From a virus, in IMG/VR virus record IMGVR_UViG_3300025154_000073, positions 9,045-73,044 of that record: DNA of 64,000 bases; one strand, 5' to 3'. Below the pieces are notes generated by a model. It saw nothing but the letters and a program-made list of their open reading frames with translations, was not told the DNA's origin and did not search any database. Positions within the stretch are counted from its first letter, which is position 1. The number at the start of each line of letters is the position of its first letter. This document shows positions 29,872 to 38,824 of this stretch, one piece after another. Made by a program: the position numbers and the translations under genes.

Positions 29872-30108
29872 TTATGAACCCCCGAAGATTGACCAGAACG
29901 CCTTGCCTAACAACTCGCTGACCGGCGATCCGAGAATAAGCGAGTGAGCCGCGTACGCCATGCCTAAGATGATGATTGCCACTGTGTAGGTACGATATGA
30001 GCGTGTAGCGTGTACCGGCTTGGCTTGTGCGTGGCTGGGGATGAACCCGTTGGCGGTCCACTTACCTGCTGCCCCATTGATACCCTTAGCGTGTAGTTGC
30101 TTGTTCAT
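29872..30108 (-). CDS. Small membrane protein
   Basis: AGGAG RBS; hydrophobic segment. Confidence 0.45.
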   Translation of the reverse strand: MNKQLHAKGINGAAGKWTANGFIPSHAQAKPVHATRSYRTYTVAIIILGMAYAAHSLILGSPVSELLGKAFWSIFGGS

Positions 30109-30634
30109 TGTCGTATCTCCTGTTGTGTATGTGGTGGTGATTAGTCACCTGTGTTTGATTGACTACATGATACACTATATCGTATAGTAATACAATAGAT
30201 ATACCCTTACTCTAATCTAACTCTAATCTAGTGTTCTAATTATGTTCTAAGCGCATAGATATAATATATTAGCTCATGTGTTCTAACCCAGGGTCATAGT
30301 TAGAACAGGCGTGCTAATATTCTGCGGACGCTGAGAGTTCGCATAGGGTATGCACAGTCAACAAAGTAAATCGTTTGGTCTTTTGAAATGCTTCCCCCTA
30401 TACGTACTATATCAAGAAGATGTCTGTAAGATCAAGCCACGCTTGGTTGAACTTCCCGTGTAATAGATTGTCGAGCGCGTGAAGCATTAGTTCTGAGTGG
30501 CTTGGCTCGTATTGTAGGGAGTAGTCTGGATGTGATGCACCAGCAAGAACCATTTCCCCACACAAAGGACAGTGAAATTGACCAAGCGGAACATCAACAA
30601 GGTCGGATGGGTCGTAGATGCATTTATCCATTTA

Positions 30635-30907
30635 TTAGCCACCATATTCCAGCACATACTTTTTAGCAGCTTCTTTTGAGACATACTTGTCATCCCAGTC
30701 AAGATAGATTTCGCCTGGAACAAGATCAATTAACTTGCAAATGATTTCCTTTTGCTCTGGCGTATCATTTTGAGTCATCGCAGACATGGAATAGCCTAAC
30801 TCGCCATACTTTTCAAGCAGGGCTTTCCCTTCTGCACTTGTGATGCTCCACGATTTCAGCGTTCCCCATTTTAGAGTAATATAATCCTGCTCGGTTTCTG
30901 TTCCCAT
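30635..30907 (-). CDS. Hypothetical protein
   Basis: AGGAG RBS; LKWGTLKSW motif. Confidence 0.55.
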   Translation of the reverse strand: MGTETEQDYITLKWGTLKSWSITSAEGKALLEKYGELGYSMSAMTQNDTPEQKEIICKLIDLVPGEIYLDWDDKYVSKEAAKKYVLEYGG

Positions 30908-31039
30908 CTTTTTCTCCTATATTGCCCTACTTCAACGGAATACTAACACACTCTTATGGATATGGTATTGTTTGTTATCCATCAGCTTAAAAAAAACACC
31001 ACCCTACGAGCACTAGGGCTCCTCAAGTGGTTCTTAATT

Positions 31040-31068
31040 ATTATATGTTTTCTCTTAAAAATTGTCAA
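31040..31068 (-). promoter_or_regulatory. Consensus sigma70 promoter
   Basis: TTGACA-17-TATAAT on minus strand; palindrome TTAGAAT-AGGT-ATTCTAA at 31075-31092 just upstream. Confidence 0.8.
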
Positions 31069-31200
31069 GGCCTTTTAGAATAGGTATTCTAACTCTGTAA
31101 GGTGTGAAAATTTACAATTCATCTTCTTCTCCTGTAATTTTTATGTTTGGTCTTGGGGAAACGCTTTCCCTATACCGTCTAAACCCGACTCCATTTGAGC

Positions 31201-31548
31201 TTACTTTACGCGAGCGCCTGCAAAAACATAAGCATATTCTTTTTCTGATACCCGCCTTTCGAGAATATACACAAGCACAAAGATAGGCATAATTTCAGAC
31301 GGGTCAATTTTCTGGCTTATGTTGTAATTCATTTCAGGCGGCACGGCAAACAATAACTCTGGCGCGTAAGTGCTGGATATAACTGTTTTGGCAAGTGCGC
31401 TTTCTCTTGCTCCAATATCACACTTTATTGCGGCTTCAAGTATTTGGTTGGACATTTCCCCGAACTCTTTAAGCACCATCAACAGTACGACTACGATAAA
31501 GGGGACTCCAATAAGAATCAGGATGGTAGCCAGGACTTCAAGTTTCAT
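31201..31548 (-). CDS. Membrane-anchored hypothetical protein
   Basis: N-terminal TM segment. Confidence 0.5.
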   Translation of the reverse strand: MKLEVLATILILIGVPFIVVVLLMVLKEFGEMSNQILEAAIKCDIGARESALAKTVISSTYAPELLFAVPPEMNYNISQKIDPSEIMPIFVLVYILERRVSEKEYAYVFAGARVK

Positions 31549-31557
31549 CTCTACTTC

Positions 31558-31878
31558 CTATATCACTTCTTCATCCGCGAGGATGCCCAGGATGGATAAG
31601 ATCAGTGTGTGAGAGAAACCGCGCAGGCTTCCACTCATCTTCTCAAGTAGGAGGGAGTGCGCTTTCCCCTCTACGAGCATACTTGCCAGCACAACATTCT
31701 CAATAACGTCAATTACGTTTACAAAATCATTCTCGTCCATCTTGCTTAGAACAATATCTTTGCCGTTGTCAGTCATTTTGTCGAGGTATTCCCTGATTTG
31801 GTCAACCTCGTCGAGGTCTTTCCCGATATTGCCCATACTTACGTTTTCATAATACTTTAGTAATGCCTGTACGTTCAT
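31558..31878 (-). CDS. Hypothetical protein
   Basis: AGGAG RBS. Confidence 0.55.
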   Translation of the reverse strand: MNVQALLKYYENVSMGNIGKDLDEVDQIREYLDKMTDNGKDIVLSKMDENDFVNVIDVIENVVLASMLVEGKAHSLLLEKMSGSLRGFSHTLILSILGILADEEVI

Positions 31879-31911
31879 GTTATTTTCTCCTATGGTTAGA
31901 ATACACGGTGT

Positions 31912-32647
31912 TTACTGAATGCGCCTGATGGTGATTGAAGGCGCGCCCTCAGTATAGCAATTCTTTATGTCAGAGTGGGTTTCTGTGTAAATCGTCCAAC
32001 TTTGCGGGTATCCATATTTTTCTAGGCTTCCCGTAAATCGCGTGAAAGAATTTCCCTTTTACGCCTAAATCTTTGCATTTTGGATTTTCTTTCAACTTCT
32101 CGACAACGTGTTTTTTCATGTCATCTTTAATCTCGGCTTCGAGCTTCTTGATGTTCTCGTCAACATCTTCGGATTTGCCAGAGAACTCGGCTTCAATTTC
32201 AAGTTTGCGTTGCGCGATTTGGGCGTACACATCTTTGGTCTGTTGTTCGATTTCTGCTTGCAAAGCCCGTTTCTGGATTACAAGAGCCTCAGTTGCGATG
32301 TTTTCGTTTTCTCGTTTCTTAGCCACAATTGCTTGGCGTTGTTTCTCAATATCCGTAAACTTAGCCATTAGTTCTGTGCGTTGTCGGTCTATTTCTGCAA
32401 GCGCGATCTTGAATTCTTCCGGTACGACGATCTCCGCGATTTCCTTGTCAACATCCGCGTTGAACGCATTGATAGCCGCACGAGTCTTTGCTTCAAGTTC
32501 GGACGCCTGTTTCATCCCGTTACTGACAACAATCTCAATTTCGGCAGGAATCTTAACTTCGTCAAGAAGTTTGCTTTTGTCAAGTTCGAGCAAATCTTTT
32601 TGTGCGTGGAACTCAGCAAGCAGGTCTAACTTTTGTTCGATTTCCAT
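31912..32647 (-). CDS. Coiled-coil protein (Gam/Gp157-like), apparently frameshifted near its 3' end
   Basis: Long heptad region; natural-looking tail YTETHSDIKNCYTEGAPSITIRRIQ-stop lies in the adjacent frame. Confidence 0.55.
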
Positions 32648-33535
32648 TTTTATTTTCTCCTAAATACACGGTGTTTTCTCAAGATACTGCCCCGCCGCTC
32701 TGCAACCTTTCGCCAGAAACTTCAACATCGCGAGCAGATATTCGGACACGGCGGGGATGAAATCGGGCGGGAGGCGCGGGGAAAACTTAATTTCCACTCC
32801 ATAATTCACTCATTCTCGGCTCGGATTGCTCCGCCGCCCGATATTCATTTGGTAAAGGTTGAGGCGGGACACGTGGGCTAGGACACAGCCCGCCTCCGAT
32901 CTTATGTGCAGGCACATGTTTTATCGTTGTTACCTAGTCTGCGCCGGATTTTATTACCGGCCTCTTTTGATAAAATATTGAAGTAAAGTTGCTGTCTCTC
33001 CAAGCTGTCAAGCCTTCTGTCTAATGCTCTATTGGTTGTACTGGGCTTTCTCTACCGCAATTACACCTCAGCAATCGGGGCGGCATACTTCTGTCACAGT
33101 TGCGCCGCATTCATCGTATCTATTGTGACAATGAAAAATCTTATAAGGGTTCTGCCCAGCCGTCCTGCTTCTCAGTCAGGCTTGCGCCACCGGCTTACAC
33201 ATGTTTGTTATCTGTGCGTGCGGTACAGGGACCGGCTGGGGTGCTCTAAAACGAGTATCGGTTCGGTATTTAGCCTGCCGATATTGTTATCGTCCACTCG
33301 TAATATTCTGTTTGCCCCGCCGCCAGTTAAGCCTAACTGATTTCACCGACTGGACAGCAACGACGGGGACTTTGATCGTGGAGAAGTCTGCTAATCAGGC
33401 TTCAAGCGGATAAAGGAGATACCGAAAACCGCCTTAGAACTTCTCCATTGAACAGGGCTACCCGTTCAATAAATATATCTTATCACAGTCTTGAAAAAGT
33501 ACATTAATATAAGCTAAGAATTGCCTAATTTTCGG

Positions 33536-33988
33536 CTAAGTGTTTCTATATATTTCTCTTTTATCCGATTTTATGGTGAAATCCAGGATTATATGCAGGG
33601 CATCAGAAAGGCATATCCCTACGAACCATTGACCGAATTTATCGGGCAAGTGCGCGGGAAGTCCGAGGTAATTTAGTATAAGTATGGGCAACGCCAGGTA
33701 TCCTACGCGCAATACTGTACCAAAAAAGATGCTGTGAGATATTACGCTTCGATGTTTAACGATTTTAGAGTAGGGTAGCCAAAATACGCGCCATGCAAGA
33801 GATAGAGGTTTACCAATTATGGGGATTCGCCTGAGATGGTGAAGTCCCAAAAAACCCTCGTCAATATCCAAGTCCGGCGAGAGGATTAATCCAGACAGGA
33901 TTCCAACGGTAAGGGCTGGCTCGAAAGCACAAACGCTTCCTAAAGCCAGCCCGATTGTAGTCATTGAATGCGTTTTTCCAGAAGGCAA
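33536..33988 (-). CDS. DUF2227-like putative metal-binding membrane protein
   Basis: MPSGKTH, LSPDLDI, WLPY..VKHRSVISHS, DALHIILD. Confidence 0.75.
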   Translation of the reverse strand: MPSGKTHSMTTIGLALGSVCAFEPALTVGILSGLILSPDLDIDEGFLGLHHLRRIPIIGKPLSLAWRVFWLPYSKIVKHRSVISHSIFFGTVLRVGYLALPILILNYLGLPAHLPDKFGQWFVGICLSDALHIILDFTIKSDKREIYRNT

Positions 33989-33991
33989 ATT

Positions 33992-34189
33992 CTACTCACT
34001 CAATCCATATTTGAAAAATAGAACCAAAAACAACACAACCAGGATAACTAGAATCTGGATGAGCAGAACACCCGCCGCGATTGTTCTTCGAGCCAGTTCT
34101 ATCTGCTCATCAGTCCATTCGGGAATGCTTGGCTTTACGGGGACTGCGTATAGATGCCCGTCAGAAGTTCTAAAGTAGTCGTATTTCAT
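33992..34189 (-). CDS. Small membrane protein
   Basis: C-terminal TM helix. Confidence 0.5.
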   Translation of the reverse strand: MKYDYFRTSDGHLYAVPVKPSIPEWTDEQIELARRTIAAGVLLIQILVILVVLFLVLFFKYGLSE

Positions 34190-34524
34190 TTTTCACCACA
34201 CAGATATTTGGCACGAACGACGCCCGATCCGCCTTCAAAAGTTATCCGATACCACATATTGCCATTTACGTCATACAGTTTCTCAATTATCTCGACTGGC
34301 GTTCCGTCCGCAAAAGGCTCTTCGCGAACTAAAGGGAAAGACGTACCCGCGCCTGTGCGGATGTTCAACCCGTAAGAACCACAAACCACCATTTCAACCA
34401 TTGGTTTGACTGTTTGTTTGGCAGTTCCTCCAAACTGTGAACTATTAGCACTTTTGGGCAACGTTGAGGCAACCCCGCAAGCCAGGGAAGTAAGAATTAA
34501 CAAGACCATCAATCGGTTCATCAT
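34186..34524 (-). CDS. SH3b-domain lipoprotein
   Basis: Lipobox-like SLAC; LNIRTGAGTSF...WYRI...GVVRAKYL. Confidence 0.7.
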   Translation of the reverse strand: MMNRLMVLLILTSLACGVASTLPKSANSSQFGGTAKQTVKPMVEMVVCGSYGLNIRTGAGTSFPLVREEPFADGTPVEIIEKLYDVNGNMWYRITFEGGSGVVRAKYLCGEK

Positions 34525-34820
34525 ATTTTGCCTGTTTTCAATTTTGAATGGTTTACTCGTTTGCTGTTAGCGCGTTCCACTAACCACTCCGCCAATACAG
34601 GTTTCCAACTCTCCCAAGCGTCAGGGTTGTTGGTTTTGCTGATTGTGCAAACGGTCAGAGGATATTTACCGCGTTTTACGATCACAATTGAACGTGGAGG
34701 ACTACCAACTGCAAACCAGCGCAAGTCTTTCCAGTCGCCAATGTGGGCTTCGCTGGCTATCTCGGTTAGCAGTTGTGTTTCTCGAACCTTTGGGATGGGC
34801 AAGGCAATGGGTGTTTGCAC
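34521..34820 (-). CDS. Hypothetical protein
   Basis: Coupled ORF. Confidence 0.45.
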   Translation of the reverse strand: MQTPIALPIPKVRETQLLTEIASEAHIGDWKDLRWFAVGSPPRSIVIVKRGKYPLTVCTISKTNNPDAWESWKPVLAEWLVERANSKRVNHSKLKTGKI

Positions 34821-34834
34821 TACTAATTCCGTTG

Positions 34835-35545
34835 TTAGTTCCCATTGCCGCGAGTTTTTGTTTTGTTTGCAATCGCCTCGAATTCGTCAATTGCCTTATT
34901 CTGACCCATTTGCGCGCCTTTTTCGCCGTACAAACGAGCAAGCTCTGCGTTTCTGCCCTTCATCACAATTTTCTCGCCTTCGATTTCGGCAGTACGCTTA
35001 TCCCTTGTTAGTTTCCTTGTTTGTTCCCTAAAATCGCGCTCCAGAGCCGCATCGGGGTCGTTTCGTCTGTATTGCCAGTCCGCGTAAAGGTGTCCGCCCG
35101 CTAACACAAAGATGCAAACAACCGCTAATAAACCTAAATACACTTCCATATTTGGGATGGTCAGTAAATATGCCATATCGCTCTGGGCTATTTCGATTGT
35201 CGCTCCCGCTAACATGGTCAACACGGAAGCCGAGAGGGTCAAATATACCATCGTGTTTGCAATTGACTCTTGTTTGTTTGTGTTAGTTCTGCCATCGTCA
35301 ATTGGGTCTGCTTCATATTCCCGCCAACGCCAATAAAGATAACCTCCCTCCATCAAACAAACGCCTAAGGCGGGAAGCCATAATGCCCACTTGGGAGCAA
35401 ACGTTCCAACTAAAAAATATGTTTGCGTGCTACTAACACCCAGAATAACTACCGTCATCCAATGGTCAACCAAAAAACGACCAAACCTTACCGCTTGTAT
35501 TTTTGCTTTTTCTAAGGCGTCCATCATTCCTCCGTCTGTTTCCAA
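34835..35545 (-). CDS. Multi-pass membrane protein with C-terminal coiled coil
   Basis: About four hydrophobic segments. Confidence 0.6.
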   Translation of the reverse strand: METDGGMMDALEKAKIQAVRFGRFLVDHWMTVVILGVSSTQTYFLVGTFAPKWALWLPALGVCLMEGGYLYWRWREYEADPIDDGRTNTNKQESIANTMVYLTLSASVLTMLAGATIEIAQSDMAYLLTIPNMEVYLGLLAVVCIFVLAGGHLYADWQYRRNDPDAALERDFREQTRKLTRDKRTAEIEGEKIVMKGRNAELARLYGEKGAQMGQNKAIDEFEAIANKTKTRGNGN

Positions 35546-35745
35546 GTGCTGTTTGGGATTACTATGTTTCGAACTCCATCATGCTCCAGAAGTCCATCTG
35601 TTTCCAAGCTATCAAGAAGATACTTCATCACTGACTTTGAGGTTATCTTGCAAGCCATCATAATTTCATCATACGATGGACTGTTGCCGTTGTGTTTCTT
35701 TTTGTAATCAATGACGAATTTTATGATTCTACTTTTATCAAACAT
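35524..35745 (-). CDS. LexA-like N-terminal winged-helix DNA-binding protein (no peptidase domain)
   Basis: IIKFVIDYKKKHNGNSPSYDEIM...SKSVMKYLLDSLETDGLL...RNI matches the LexA DBD pattern. Confidence 0.75.
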   Translation of the reverse strand: MFDKSRIIKFVIDYKKKHNGNSPSYDEIMMACKITSKSVMKYLLDSLETDGLLEHDGVRNIVIPNSTWKQTEE

Positions 35746-35759
35746 ACTCGCTCCTTAGT

Positions 35760-35887
35760 GAACTTTCGTTCTATTCTAATTCCAAAGACTCCAGCCGTCA
35801 AGGGAAAACACGGTGTTTATTGCTATTCCAAACACTAATAAATTTCTCATATAAAACCCTTGCGCTTTTCCTTATATCGTATATACT
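35760..35887. promoter_or_regulatory. Divergent control region: SOS-type box, leftward promoter, 19-bp palindrome, rightward promoter
   Basis: GAACTTTCGTTC 35760-35771; minus TTGACG-17-TAGAAT 35773-35801; palindrome 35803-35821; plus TTGCGC-16-TATACT 35860-35887. Confidence 0.7.
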
Positions 35888-35907
35888 TATGGAAAGGATA
35901 AAAAAAG

Positions 35908-36279
35908 ATGATAGCTGTGATTAAATATGACGGAAAAAAGATTTTTGAAAAGTTTATGCGAATGGGCGCGGCATCCAGTATGCCCAAGATTCGCAAATGG
36001 CTCAGGACGGAGGAGAACATAACCGTCTCCCAGATGGGTCCAATCTGGGCAATGTGGAAGTACGCCACCCAGAACCCGGAAGAAGCGTTTCCCCTCTACA
36101 AGGTTTGGCACTTTGAGTATTGGTCAAACGTGAGTGTTATGGGAAAGATAATCGACTCAAACGCAACCTTTGAATCCTTCTTAAAGGATTGCCAGTATAG
36201 AATCAAAAAATCTGGCGATTCAATAATGAGCAAAACCGCATATAAAAGGTTTTGTAATAAGTATGGTCTTGAGGAGTAA
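35908..36279 (+). CDS. Hypothetical protein, first gene of rightward arm
   Basis: AAGGA RBS. Confidence 0.55.
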   Translation: MIAVIKYDGKKIFEKFMRMGAASSMPKIRKWLRTEENITVSQMGPIWAMWKYATQNPEEAFPLYKVWHFEYWSNVSVMGKIIDSNATFESFLKDCQYRIKKSGDSIMSKTAYKRFCNKYGLEE

Positions 36280-36289
36280 AGAGGGTAGT

Positions 36290-36625
36290 ATGCCTAAATA
36301 CGATCTAATTGAAGCGGAGATACAATGGTGCGAGACACATCGCAATCCTGATGATCCTGAGCAAACGATCTACCAAGATGGTTTTGTTGCTGGTTTATAT
36401 CAGGCACTTTGGCTAATGAAAAGTAGACAAACAAACGAAAATTACATTCCGAAAGATAAAGATGCCGTTATTCACCCAGATTGGTATTCTCTCGCGCTTT
36501 TGAAGCGCATTGAATTAACCAATTCGCAAATTGATACTCTGTTGAAAAATGAGTTGTCAACGAGAAGCAGAAAAAAAGTGTTGCAATATTTTAGGGCGCG
36601 CAAAAAGCCCCGCAAAGGAAATTAA
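36290..36625 (+). CDS. Hypothetical protein
   Basis: GAGG RBS; followed by a degenerate attC-like element (about 36636-36755). Confidence 0.5.
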   Translation: MPKYDLIEAEIQWCETHRNPDDPEQTIYQDGFVAGLYQALWLMKSRQTNENYIPKDKDAVIHPDWYSLALLKRIELTNSQIDTLLKNELSTRSRKKVLQYFRARKKPRKGN

Positions 36626-36749
36626 ATGAAAAAATTCAAAGCCGTGCCAGTGGCACACAGTAAAGATGATTTGGGCGGGTACAGGCGGGCATGCGGGGTG
36701 GTGTGAATTGGAAAAGTATTGGGTGGCACTTCGCCAGTAACGCAAACCG

Positions 36750-37125
36750 TTCTACCGCACTTGCAAACAAAGGAGTCTTATGACTAAGAAATTGAAACTT
36801 GAGAATACAGAGCGTGGCTTTGCTAGGTCAGATTTTGATGACCTATATGGTAGTCATTGCTCAATTCAGGAAAGTAGCCTTGCCACAGATAATGCAATCT
36901 GGCTTGGCGTGCATGAAGGTTCGGCGCAATATGACAATAAAGAAAGTTCTCGTATGCACTTGAATCAAGAACAAGTAGCGTCATTGCTCCCGCTTTTGGA
37001 GCGTTTTGTGAAAACTGGTCGCCTTCAAACGAGAAGGCGATAGAACACGGCGTGCAACGGATTTGCTTTACGGGCTGGCAAAATCGGGAGCAATGACACA
37101 ATCCGCAAACCGCTCACGCAAACCG
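36750..37125 (+). mobile_element. Integron-like gene cassette D1 (ORF 36780-37043)
   Basis: Starts G|TTCTACCGC; own left core GCGATAGAAC matches its complement at 9/10 and contains the ORF stop; attC-like site 37040-37131 ending CCGCTCACGCAAACCG|TTCGGC. Confidence 0.8.
36780..37043 (+). CDS. Conserved phage-type hypothetical protein (cassette D1 cargo)
   Basis: TERGF...FDDLYG..CSIQESSLATDNAIWLG...RMHL motif. Confidence 0.7.
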   Translation: MTKKLKLENTERGFARSDFDDLYGSHCSIQESSLATDNAIWLGVHEGSAQYDNKESSRMHLNQEQVASLLPLLERFVKTGRLQTRRR

Positions 37126-37397
37126 TTCGGCGGACACGCCCAACGCCCAGAAGGAGAAAAATGTTAGAACTGTTTTTGTCTGCTCTCGAAGATCAACTAG
37201 GTCTTATTGTAGACCCTCCATTAGCTCCTATTGCCCGCATGGGTATTATCAGCCAAGAAATCACCCGCATAACATCCAGCGGGCTAACAAAGCGTGCAGC
37301 GGATGTGCTGGAAGTCTGCGATAATTTCAAGAAAGCACGCGATGGTAAATGTTTCAACTGCGGTCACGCGGAATCCGTACACCGCTAGCGCAATCTG
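37126..37397 (+). mobile_element. Integron-like gene cassette D2 (ORF 37161-37388)
   Basis: attC-like site 37282-37403; left arm CTAACAAAGCGTGCAGCGGATGTGC is identical over 25 nt to that of cassette C2. Confidence 0.7.
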
Positions 37398-37626
37398 TTG
37401 ACGTGGTACAATAAAGAAAACACGGTGTTTACTATGAACATAACCCTTGACATTAAAACCTTGAGAAAATTGGCGAATAAGAACTACACGCCTCTTATGG
37501 AAATAAATTTTGAGAACGACGAGGAAATTAAGTTTATTTACTTAGAGCCTGATTACGGAATGTGGGCACAAAAAGAATATGTATATCAGGACTTCGAGAC
37601 TGGACTAAAAGAGGAAATACTCAGAC

Positions 37627-38151
37627 TTGGCAAATGAACAATACTCAGAGGTCTACAAGATTAAGTGTAGAGCCATCTGGTATGACAATGGCTGTCCAAG
37701 CCCTAGAAAATTGGAAGAACTGAAAATACTACCTCCCGACGAATTGGGAAGGACTGTAAGAACCAGTGAACTGAAACACTGGATTTTTGATGGGGATTGG
37801 ACTCAGTGGAAAGATGTGATGGACTCTGAGGTCGCCACGCGGACAGAAGAAGAACTTTTAGGTCGCAAGGTTGCTGTCATCAAAGAGCAACTGGAGCAGA
37901 CTAAAGTTATACGCAACGCCGCATATCAAAATATAAAAGACGGTAAGTTTGATAGCTCTGCCTCTGCTGTGAATGCGTTTTTCAAAGCATCCGAAGCCGA
38001 ACGAGGACTGATGCAAATCGAGAAGGTCATTGAAGATTTGGCTAAACGTCAGACATCAGACCTACAAAACGAATTCAAAGAGTTGGCAGAACGCGCAGGG
38101 GCGACAACCGTTGAGGCAGAGGATATAACAGAGGAAAAAGAAGATGAATAA
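37627..38151 (+). CDS. Putative terminase small subunit
   Basis: N-terminal HTH-like region with W..W motif, coiled coil and acidic tail; upstream of TerL. Confidence 0.55.
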   Translation: MANEQYSEVYKIKCRAIWYDNGCPSPRKLEELKILPPDELGRTVRTSELKHWIFDGDWTQWKDVMDSEVATRTEEELLGRKVAVIKEQLEQTKVIRNAAYQNIKDGKFDSSASAVNAFFKASEAERGLMQIEKVIEDLAKRQTSDLQNEFKELAERAGATTVEAEDITEEKEDE

Positions 38152-38824
38152 AGAAAACACGGTGTTTACTCCAATGAGGATTTTGATAGCGTGTGAAGAA
38201 AGCCAGGCGGTTGCGATTGCTTTTAGAGAATTGGGTCACGAAGCGTACTCATGCGACCTGTATCCTTGTTCCGGCGGTCATCCTGAATGGCACTTACAAC
38301 AAGACGTGAAACCGTTATTGCGTCAGTATTGGGATATGATTATCGCCCACCCAACTTGCAGATATTTGACCAATAGTGGAGTTTGCCATCTGTACGTTGG
38401 CAAGCGTAAAGAAAACGGAAATTTTCAGCCGCGATGGGAGAGCATGCGGGAAGGCGTAGAGTTTTTCAATTTGTTTTTAGACCTTCCGCATATTCCAAAG
38501 GTTGCAATTGAAAATCCTATAATGCACGCCTACGCAAGAGAGATTGTTAAATCTCCATACACACAAATAATCCAGCCATGGATGTTTGGACACATGGAGC
38601 AAAAGGCAACTTGCTTGTGGTTGAAAGGTTTGCCAAAGTTGGAAGAAACTGATAACGTCCACGAACAAATGATGGGGTTGCCGGATAAACAAAGACAACG
38701 ATTGTACTACCTTCCACCTGGACCTGAAAGAGAAAAGGAGCGAAGCAAAACATTTCTTGGAATTGCTCGCGCTATGGCGGAACAATGGGGCAACGGCATT
38801 AATCGAACCTCAATGGAGTTATAA
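38144..38824 (+). CDS. Phage DNA cytosine-methyltransferase-like protein
   Basis: MRILIACEESQAV, SCDL, IAHPTC, AIENP, RSKTFLGIARAMAEQWG. Confidence 0.75.
   Translation: MNKENTVFTPMRILIACEESQAVAIAFRELGHEAYSCDLYPCSGGHPEWHLQQDVKPLLRQYWDMIIAHPTCRYLTNSGVCHLYVGKRKENGNFQPRWESMREGVEFFNLFLDLPHIPKVAIENPIMHAYAREIVKSPYTQIIQPWMFGHMEQKATCLWLKGLPKLEETDNVHEQMMGLPDKQRQRLYYLPPGPEREKERSKTFLGIARAMAEQWGNGINRTSMEL

Noticed and set aside
30031-30050. GGGGATGAACC resembling the CRISPR repeat end
   Set aside because: Only a short partial match, lacks the 5' hairpin arm and lies in an ORF
32073-32663. Long antisense ORFs (also 4687-5382, 41164-41655, 43688-44107)
   Set aside because: Shadows of well-supported genes on the opposite strand
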